A stretch of DNA of 64,000 nucleotides from Actinomycetota bacterium (GTDB taxonomy: Bacteria; Actinomycetota; Actinomycetes; S36-B12; UBA5976), in the NCBI GenBank assembly GCA_041192345.1, contig JBEEND010000001.1:87068-151067 (forward strand), given 5' to 3'. Numbering within the stretch: position 1 is the stretch's first letter; each line of letters opens with the position of its first letter. A program made the translations under genes and the position numbers. Positions 57,690 through 64,000 of the stretch are shown here, piece by piece. Below the pieces are notes generated by a model that searched no databases, was not told the origin of the DNA, and saw only the letters and a list, made by a program, of their open reading frames with translations.

Positions 57690-58667
57690 CTATGTTTGGG
57701 ATTCCAGTTTCAAGTCATGCTCGACCATCATGGTCACCAACTCTTCAAAAGAAGTCTCTGGTACCCAACCTAGGTTCGCCTTTGCTTTTGCGGGATCACC
57801 AACAAGTGATGAGATATCAGCAGGTCGAAGCAGGTCATCAGAACTACTTACGTGATCCTCCCAATTTGAAATTCCAGCAACTGAAAACGCCAAACGCACT
57901 AAATCTCGTACCGAGTGAGTTTTACCCGTTGCAATCACATAATCATCTGCCACTTCTTGCTGCAACATCAACCACATAGCTTTTACGTAATCACCGGCAA
58001 ACCCCCAATCGCGCATGGCGTCCAGGTTTCCCATCACGATTGTTTTTTGTTTCCCAGTTGCAATGCGCGCTACTGATTGCGAAACTTTTCGAGTCACAAA
58101 CTCAGGGGTACGCCGAGGAGATTCATGGTTAAACAAAATTCCTGAACTCGCATGAAAACCATATGACTCTCGGTAATTAATCGTCATGTGGTGCCCAAAG
58201 ACTTTTGCTACACCATATGGGCTGCGCGGCCATAACAAAGTGGTTTCGCGCTGTGGGGTCTCTTGCGCCTTGCCGAACATCTCAGAGCTCGACGCTTGAT
58301 AAAAGCGAGGACGCCCTTGCGCATCTGGGTGACTAATTCGAATCGCCTCAAGTAAGTTCAATACCCCAATCGCAGTAACCTGGGCGGTTTGCTGAGCTTG
58401 TTCCCAGGAAAATGCCACATGGGATTTTGCGCCTAAGTTATAAACCTCATCAGGGGCAGCAATTTCTAGCGCTCGAAACAAGGTAGTGGTATCTGTTAGA
58501 TCCCCATTGATCAATTGAAGGCCAGGTACTTCAGTGGTTAGTTGAAGTTCGCGCTGTGGATCTACGGAATGGACAAGCCCAAATACTTTGTAGCCTTTTG
58601 CCAGCAACAACTCAGATAGATACAAACCATCTTGGCCGCTAACACCAGCAATAAGGGCAGAACGCAT
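57690..58667 (-). CDS. gmd: GDP-mannose 4,6-dehydratase
   Basis: N-terminus ALIAGVSGQDGLYLSELLLAKGY plus SSSEMFG and YGVAK catalytic motifs. Confidence 0.9.
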   Translation of the reverse strand: MRSALIAGVSGQDGLYLSELLLAKGYKVFGLVHSVDPQRELQLTTEVPGLQLINGDLTDTTTLFRALEIAAPDEVYNLGAKSHVAFSWEQAQQTAQVTAIGVLNLLEAIRISHPDAQGRPRFYQASSSEMFGKAQETPQRETTLLWPRSPYGVAKVFGHHMTINYRESYGFHASSGILFNHESPRRTPEFVTRKVSQSVARIATGKQKTIVMGNLDAMRDWGFAGDYVKAMWLMLQQEVADDYVIATGKTHSVRDLVRLAFSVAGISNWEDHVSSSDDLLRPADISSLVGDPAKAKANLGWVPETSFEELVTMMVEHDLKLESQT

Positions 58668-58702
58668 AAGTACTAAAGTATCGGACTTCTAGCTCGATCT
58701 TG

Positions 58703-59677
58703 TTACTTATGACTTACTTGCCAAGCATTCCATGCGCTTTGGACCATATCACGAAGTTGAAAACGACTTTGCCAACCAAGATTTTCTTTAGCCTTAGAAA
58801 CATTCGCAACCAACGCAGCTGGGTCGCCTGCGCGCCTTTCCACAATCTCAGGAACAAGTTTGATCCCAGTCACATCTTGGATCGTAGATAAAACTTCAAA
58901 GACACTAGCTCCAACCCCGGTGCCGATGTTTATTGCCTCAAATCCTGGTTGCATGGATTCAACTAAATCCATCGCAGCAACGTGAGATTCCGCTAAGTCC
59001 TGCACATGCACATAGTCACGAATACACGAACCGTCAGGAGTGCTGTAGTCATTTCCAAAAACTTTTGGGGCTATTCCAGAATCTATTGCTTCAAAAACTA
59101 TCGGCACCAAGTTAAATGCAAACTGGTCACCAAGTTCAGGCTGGCCAGCACCTGCCACATTGAAGTAGCGCAGCGCAGCAACTTTGAAACCATCAGAAAC
59201 TGACAGTGCCTTAGAAATAATTTCGCCTTCAAGCTTGGTCAAACCGTAAGGGTTAATTGGTGAACAGTTTTCGAATTCTGAAATAGTTTGGCCAGGCTCT
59301 ATTTTTGGCGTGCCATAAACCGCAGCAGAAGAACTAAAAACAAGATTCAGTACGCCGTGCTGCTTCATTGAATCAACAAGATTTTGAAACCCACCAACAT
59401 TTTCTTGCCAGTAATAATCTGGGCGCTCAACTGATTCCCCGACCTTTTTCTTGGCGGCTAAATGAATAACACCTTTAAAATCATGCTTTGCAAAAACCGA
59501 TTCAACTGCGCCGGCGTCGGTTAACGTGATTCTCTCGACCTCGATGCCCGAAGGAAGTCGAGCCGCAATCCCAGATGACAAGTCATCGAGCACAACTAGC
59601 TCACGTCCTGATTTCAAAGTTTCCGCAACCACGTGCGCACCGATGTATCCGGCGCCGCCAGTAATGAGCCAAGTCAT
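58703..59677 (-). CDS. galE: UDP-glucose 4-epimerase-like NAD-dependent epimerase
   Basis: ITGGAGYIGAHV Rossmann motif, SSSAAVYG and YGLTK (YxxxK). Confidence 0.8.
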   Translation of the reverse strand: MTWLITGGAGYIGAHVVAETLKSGRELVVLDDLSSGIAARLPSGIEVERITLTDAGAVESVFAKHDFKGVIHLAAKKKVGESVERPDYYWQENVGGFQNLVDSMKQHGVLNLVFSSSAAVYGTPKIEPGQTISEFENCSPINPYGLTKLEGEIISKALSVSDGFKVAALRYFNVAGAGQPELGDQFAFNLVPIVFEAIDSGIAPKVFGNDYSTPDGSCIRDYVHVQDLAESHVAAMDLVESMQPGFEAINIGTGVGASVFEVLSTIQDVTGIKLVPEIVERRAGDPAALVANVSKAKENLGWQSRFQLRDMVQSAWNAWQVSHK

Positions 59678-59750
59678 AACTTAAGTCTCGCAGAAATTAT
59701 CTCGAATCCCTCATGCATTTAAGGGATGACGAAGGGCAATCGACCAATAG

Positions 59751-60770
59751 CTATTTCTTTACGGAGCGAAATAGCCTTCTCAAGAATTTATCTCCTGTAC
59801 GCAAGAATCTTGTGGTCGCCCACGATTTAGATTTGAGCACTCGTTCCAGCCCTAAAAGGACATTGTCACGTTCGGCAACGGCGCTGTCACGTTCGGCAAC
59901 GGCGCTGTCACGTTCGGCAACGGCGCTGTCACGTTCGGCAACGGCGCTGTCACGTTCGGCAACGGCGCTGTCTTCAAAGAAAATAACCGGGCGTTCGACA
60001 AAATCCCAACGATTCGCGCTTCGGCAGTGATCTATGTAAACAGTAAAAAGTCGTTCGGAAATAAACCCGCTCCAACGGTATTGAAACCCCTTGGTAGGTA
60101 GCGAATCTGAAATGTCATCGAGAGCCTTTAATACTGGAAAAAGAAGCGCCACCCACTCGTTGTAGAAATCTGGGCTTCCGATCCACATGTTCCAGGGGTA
60201 AAGAAATTGGGTATTTTTCAAGTCCGATTTTGAATCAATAATTCCAAATGTCCCTTCAACACACTTATCAAATGCTAAACAAGCCACATCAAGTGCTCGC
60301 TCAAGTGGAGCATGGCAAACAATAAAATGTTCGTACACGCTAGATTTGAGATCCATTGGCTTGGGTACGACTATTTTATCTACGTAGCTGCACAAGAATT
60401 TAGCTTCCTTACCTGCACATGAGTACCGATTTTTTAAATCTTGTGTGTAATTTTGATCTTTAGGCTCATTCGGATTTAGGGAAAAAATTCTTCGGTAGTG
60501 AGTAATGCCAACTTGTTTCTTGTTTTCGAAAAATTGCCTTGCCCCAAGCAGGATAATGTTTTCCGAAAGTGATTCAGGATGGGCCACTAATCCTGAATCA
60601 CTTTCGACATAATGCTGGTAACCGTGGACTAATCCACTACTTAGGACTGCACAAATTTCGAGATAAGGAGGTTCGAGTTCTCTATAAATCGGTTCTAAAT
60701 GTGAGGCAACAAGAACTAAGGTGTCAACTTCATGCAGGTCTTCCATTTCACCGTCGTTCTCTAATTGCAT
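59751..60770 (-). CDS. DUF4422-like putative glycosyltransferase-associated protein with (DSAVAER)x5 repeat
   Basis: The ITHYRRIF motif and overall pattern resemble DUF4422, recalled from memory. The C-terminal region carries five identical heptapeptides, followed by a basic tail containing SKSWATTRFLR. The alternative start at ATG 60746 removes the 23-nt overlap with the upstream gene. Confidence 0.45.
   Translation of the reverse strand: MQLENDGEMEDLHEVDTLVLVASHLEPIYRELEPPYLEICAVLSSGLVHGYQHYVESDSGLVAHPESLSENIILLGARQFFENKKQVGITHYRRIFSLNPNEPKDQNYTQDLKNRYSCAGKEAKFLCSYVDKIVVPKPMDLKSSVYEHFIVCHAPLERALDVACLAFDKCVEGTFGIIDSKSDLKNTQFLYPWNMWIGSPDFYNEWVALLFPVLKALDDISDSLPTKGFQYRWSGFISERLFTVYIDHCRSANRWDFVERPVIFFEDSAVAERDSAVAERDSAVAERDSAVAERDSAVAERDNVLLGLERVLKSKSWATTRFLRTGDKFLRRLFRSVKK
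59864..59972. repeat. perfect 21-bp tandem repeat, 5 copies plus 4-nt partial
   Basis: TGTCACGTTCGGCAACGGCGC occurs at 59864, 59885, 59906, 59927 and 59948 with no mismatches. It is in frame on the minus strand and encodes DSAVAER. Confidence 0.97.
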
Positions 60771-63138
60771 TTATAAGCTTTTTAATGAATCTTTTTTTAT
60801 GAAGATTTTCAACGCGAATTCTAGTGAACTCTGCGGCACGCTCCATCGTAAATTCTGAGAGGACATCGATGCGGGCTTGATCACCTATGCGTGATCGAAG
60901 ACTCTCATCCCTACTTAGTTCTCGCATGGCGTTAGCTGCAAACTTAATGTCTGGTTGCGCCCAACGTGAATCTTCTGGGTAAGGAAATGCGTCAGCACCA
61001 ACGGGAACAAGTTCAAATGGCACCAAAATTGAATTTTCTGGCTTCATGAAATCCATGTTTCCTGAGTATCCAGTAGCAATTACCGGCCTACCTAAGGCCA
61101 TTGCCTCAGCTAGCGTGAGGCCGTACCCCTCGCTTCTATGAAGGGAAATATAAGTCTGACATTCGTTTAGGAGACTGTGTAGTTGTTCTCGAGAAAGATA
61201 TGAATCAATGATTACTATATCGTTTCGCTCGGAGGCAGTATTCCTGAGCTGATCTTGTTGAGATTTGTTCCTGTGGCCATTTACAGTCTTTATAACTAAC
61301 TTCGGCCCAGACTCCTCGGGAAAAGCCAAAACATGTGCAGCAATCAGGTCAAGTGGATTCTTGCGCTTGAACACACTGAAGTAATCGAACATAAACAAGT
61401 TAAATTCATCTTGTGCACCAATTCCAATTGCACTGCGATCAAGTTTTTCTGTGATGTTTGGAGCAACAATCGGTCCCGGAAAAACGAGTACCGGCTTCCT
61501 GGTCTGTGCCTTAATCGCGTCACGAACGAAGCTCGAGATTGCCCAGATTTCATCGACGAAGTCAAATACCGGAAAAAGATTTTTTGGAAAACTTTCAATT
61601 TCCCAAGCCCACACACCAACAAATTTGGAGTGGGATCTAAGTTCAGGTGGGAGTTGGGCTAACCAAGCAGAAAATTGATCTGCATTTACTGATCCAATTG
61701 TGACTGGATACAAAGCTTTTGAGTCTGTGAACTCAAATTCCTCATCCTGCCTTGATTCGGTTTGGCGATTGACCAGAGTAGTAACAGGAAGGCCAGAAGA
61801 TATCGCTGCCCGTGCGACTAATCTGCCAAATTGTCCAACTCCAAATTCCCCTTTGAAGTAACCAGCAACGTTCACACCTAAATCTTTTGTAAGCAATTTC
61901 TTATTGACGCTATCTAAGGTGTGATCATAGATTTTAATTGTTGATTCGTTGATAACTTTTTCATCGACACCAAATTGATGTGCCCATTTCAGCATTCCAG
62001 GAGCGTCAGTGCCAGTAGCTAGTGGAAAGGCTAGTTGTAAATCAGACCTTCCCTTCCATACGTCAAAGAGAGATACGTTCAATCTCCCAGATTCAGGAAT
62101 CTGACGATTTAGCCAATCTAAAATTTCGTTGGTGGATCCGGATGGAAGAGGAGGAAGATTTAAGTCCCCTTGTAAAGCAGCCATCAAGTCCGTGCGGTAG
62201 CGCCTGCGAATTTCGGGCGTCAGTCTTATGCCATCTATGAAGTTTAAATATCCATATTCGAGTGCCTTATTTGTTCCCCAGCCAAATTCAGATGCTCGCA
62301 GCCCATAACGGTCAGCAATATCTTTAACTAACGGTTCATCGGACATAACTACGCGTGGCGTGTCTGCCACGTGGCTACTTAGTAACCATGGCTTATTCGG
62401 CTTGTATCCGCTGAAATGAAAGAAACGAAGTGGATTTTTGTTTACGTAATACCCAGAATCTACTTTTGTAATGTCGCGTTCATGCAAATTCCAGTAGGCA
62501 ACGTTGTAGCCGTAATCGCGGATAACAGAAAATGAGTAATAACTAGGAACAAAATCTATCCAGCGCTGATCAGTGAACAAATTGTTTTCGACATCTGAAA
62601 TACAGTCATATTTCAATCGTTCGTTCCACCAGGTCAAGAACTCATAAGTTTGTGATGAGTTCTTTATAGCGATAAAGCCCAAATTGAAAATGCCCGACGA
62701 CATAATGTCGTAATCAGAGGGAGATAGTCCATCTCTTGGAATCTCATGCAGGGTATGCGGCGTCAAAGCAATGTTTGCTGATTCTAAATGCTGGGGAATC
62801 TCAATTAGTTCGGAAAATACTTCGATGTCAGGGTCTAGGTAAATGGCTATATCTGAGCCGGTATCAAGTAAGTACTTTAACCCCAGAGGCTTTAGTGCAG
62901 TAGAAAGTTCGGTGACGTCGTAATAAATTGCCATTCTCATAAAAACTTCCGGCGCAAGGTCAAGATCACTTGGTTTGATAATGGTAATTTCGGGGCCTAA
63001 ATCAATCGATATTCCGGGAACATCACCGTCCACTAGTAGTAAATAAAACTTTGATTCTGGATGAAATTTAAGAAAAGAGCTAGCCAAGATTTTTGCAAAA
63101 GGCAGGTAATTGGCCGCACAAATTGTCAATCCATTCAT
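60748..63138 (-). CDS. two-domain glycosyltransferase (N-terminal GT-A/GT8-like nucleotide-sugar transferase + C-terminal GT4/GT-B)
   Basis: The N-terminus ICAANYLPFAKILASSFLKFHPESKFYLLLVDGD fits the GT-A-like family. The C-terminal EGYGLTLAEAMALGRPVIATGYSGNMDF carries the EX7E motif of GT4 enzymes. 796 aa. Confidence 0.7.
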   Translation of the reverse strand: MNGLTICAANYLPFAKILASSFLKFHPESKFYLLLVDGDVPGISIDLGPEITIIKPSDLDLAPEVFMRMAIYYDVTELSTALKPLGLKYLLDTGSDIAIYLDPDIEVFSELIEIPQHLESANIALTPHTLHEIPRDGLSPSDYDIMSSGIFNLGFIAIKNSSQTYEFLTWWNERLKYDCISDVENNLFTDQRWIDFVPSYYSFSVIRDYGYNVAYWNLHERDITKVDSGYYVNKNPLRFFHFSGYKPNKPWLLSSHVADTPRVVMSDEPLVKDIADRYGLRASEFGWGTNKALEYGYLNFIDGIRLTPEIRRRYRTDLMAALQGDLNLPPLPSGSTNEILDWLNRQIPESGRLNVSLFDVWKGRSDLQLAFPLATGTDAPGMLKWAHQFGVDEKVINESTIKIYDHTLDSVNKKLLTKDLGVNVAGYFKGEFGVGQFGRLVARAAISSGLPVTTLVNRQTESRQDEEFEFTDSKALYPVTIGSVNADQFSAWLAQLPPELRSHSKFVGVWAWEIESFPKNLFPVFDFVDEIWAISSFVRDAIKAQTRKPVLVFPGPIVAPNITEKLDRSAIGIGAQDEFNLFMFDYFSVFKRKNPLDLIAAHVLAFPEESGPKLVIKTVNGHRNKSQQDQLRNTASERNDIVIIDSYLSREQLHSLLNECQTYISLHRSEGYGLTLAEAMALGRPVIATGYSGNMDFMKPENSILVPFELVPVGADAFPYPEDSRWAQPDIKFAANAMRELSRDESLRSRIGDQARIDVLSEFTMERAAEFTRIRVENLHKKRFIKKLINAIRERR

Positions 63139-63202
63139 CGCAAACTCCCATCTAAACTCACATGCGCACTTCCATTGTATTTCTGAGGTAGATCTTTAGT
63201 TT

Positions 63203-64000
63203 TCAAAGATTTTTATCCATCATTGCCTCGTCACACTCTGCGCGAGCAATTCTTCGGGAAATTTCAGAAATTAGTTTTCCAGCTTTGGACTTAGTCATTT
63301 GCTTCGTTTCGATTTGCGGATCGATCACTTTGCTGTTGGAAGTTGTAAGTCCTTGAAGAAGTGAGTTCATTACTTCGGCGACACCAATTTCAGAAACATT
63401 CCTGCGGTCACTTTCAAAGTATTCAAATGGTGCTTGCGGACCAGTGATAATTTCAAAGGCCGGGAAGTAAGAAACATTTTCTATCTGATTAGAAACTTGT
63501 TCGGCAACCACGCGCAGTACGGATTTACTATAAGTACTAGCAAGCAATACGTGAGATTGGGTAGCTGTAGCAACAAGTGGCACTGGGGAAACGGTAATGA
63601 TAAATCGCACTTTTGGATTTGATTCTCGAAGATGCTCAATAAATTTTGCAAGATCCTCAGTTATTTCTTCAACTGAAAAATTCTTAAATTCGTGCTTTTC
63701 CTCATCAAAAATTCCACTGATAGTTCCTGGGCAGGCTGGAAAGACAGAGCCATCCACTTTTGATTGCCACGCTTCAGTCAAACCCAAAGTGAACACAAAT
63801 ACAGTAGCTTTGTGAAATGCCGTGAGCACAGCCTTTAAATGCGAGGCTTTTAATAAATCAAATTCTGCGTCAGATTCGGCAGGGTAGGCCAGACCTGGAC
63901 GAAAAGGGTCAATAACCATTCCGTCTATGTGCCAGCGATCTTCGGCGGGAACTCTTACCCCCAAAGCTTGCTCGTATAGTTGGCGTAAATGTCTTGCCGT
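63203..64000 (-). CDS. GSCFA-family-like protein, 5' end beyond window
   Basis: The frame stays open upstream of the track ATG (63964) to the window edge. The TLGLTEAW...ITVSPVPL pattern resembles GSCFA/SGNH-like proteins, recalled from memory. The N-terminal signature lies outside the window. Confidence 0.4.
   Translation of the reverse strand, partial: TARHLRQLYEQALGVRVPAEDRWHIDGMVIDPFRPGLAYPAESDAEFDLLKASHLKAVLTAFHKATVFVFTLGLTEAWQSKVDGSVFPACPGTISGIFDEEKHEFKNFSVEEITEDLAKFIEHLRESNPKVRFIITVSPVPLVATATQSHVLLASTYSKSVLRVVAEQVSNQIENVSYFPAFEIITGPQAPFEYFESDRRNVSEIGVAEVMNSLLQGLTTSNSKVIDPQIETKQMTKSKAGKLISEISRRIARAECDEAMMDKNL

Noticed and set aside
59864-59972. Possible CRISPR array (regular direct repeats)
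   Set aside because: The 21-bp units are directly adjacent with no spacers. They are in frame within a CDS, and there are no cas genes nearby.
59713-60030. Plus-strand ORF encoding (LSRSATA)x5 across the 21-bp repeat
   Set aside because: It is the opposite-strand reading of the same repeat. The minus-strand frame is part of a 339-aa ORF with recognisable upstream domain content and operon context. The plus-strand ORF is short, has no RBS and runs against the operon.

Overview
The window looks like chromosomal DNA from a monoderm actinobacterium of moderate GC. This rests on gene content and synteny: dnaK-grpE-dnaJ-hspR with a perfect HAIR operator, CIRCE-controlled groEL, an XPB helicase with its large partner protein, a long cold-shock protein followed by DUF3027, DUF2530, and an actinobacterial-type serC. 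All family calls come from motif recognition by eye; no BLAST, HMM or folding was run. I support about 60 protein-coding genes at high coding density. I saw no rRNA, tRNA, CRISPR array, transposase or integrase. The window splits into four blocks. (1) 1-21.7 kb is a catabolic and detoxification block. Its core is a divergon: a racemase-like/RidA/DadA-like/SDR operon faces a complete four-gene 2-oxoacid dehydrogenase complex plus a stand-alone HisD paralogue, with GntR, acyl-CoA dehydrogenase and APH-like kinase genes beside it. (2) 21.9-30.0 kb is a complete nine-gene Flp/Tad pilus operon. Its TadB platform protein carries an N-terminal, apparently extracytoplasmic von Willebrand A domain with an intact MIDAS motif. 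I consider this the most unusual architecture in the window. (3) 30-54.5 kb is conserved housekeeping: chaperones, XPB, csp, a purine permease, serC, pdxH and photolyase. (4) 54.5-64 kb is an accessory block. It holds a RelE/Phd-type toxin-antitoxin pair with a perfect 22-bp palindromic operator. It also holds a ydaO-class (c-di-AMP) riboswitch in front of a 683-aa NlpC/P60 hydrolase with a roughly 440-aa repetitive N-terminal domain predicted to be cytoplasmic. The block ends in an AT-richer glycan cluster (gmd, galE, a DUF4422-like protein carrying a perfect 5 x 21-bp in-frame repeat, a fused two-domain glycosyltransferase, and a GSCFA-like gene). Several start codons from the ORF track were moved downstream where the extension overlapped a neighbouring gene or a regulatory element.
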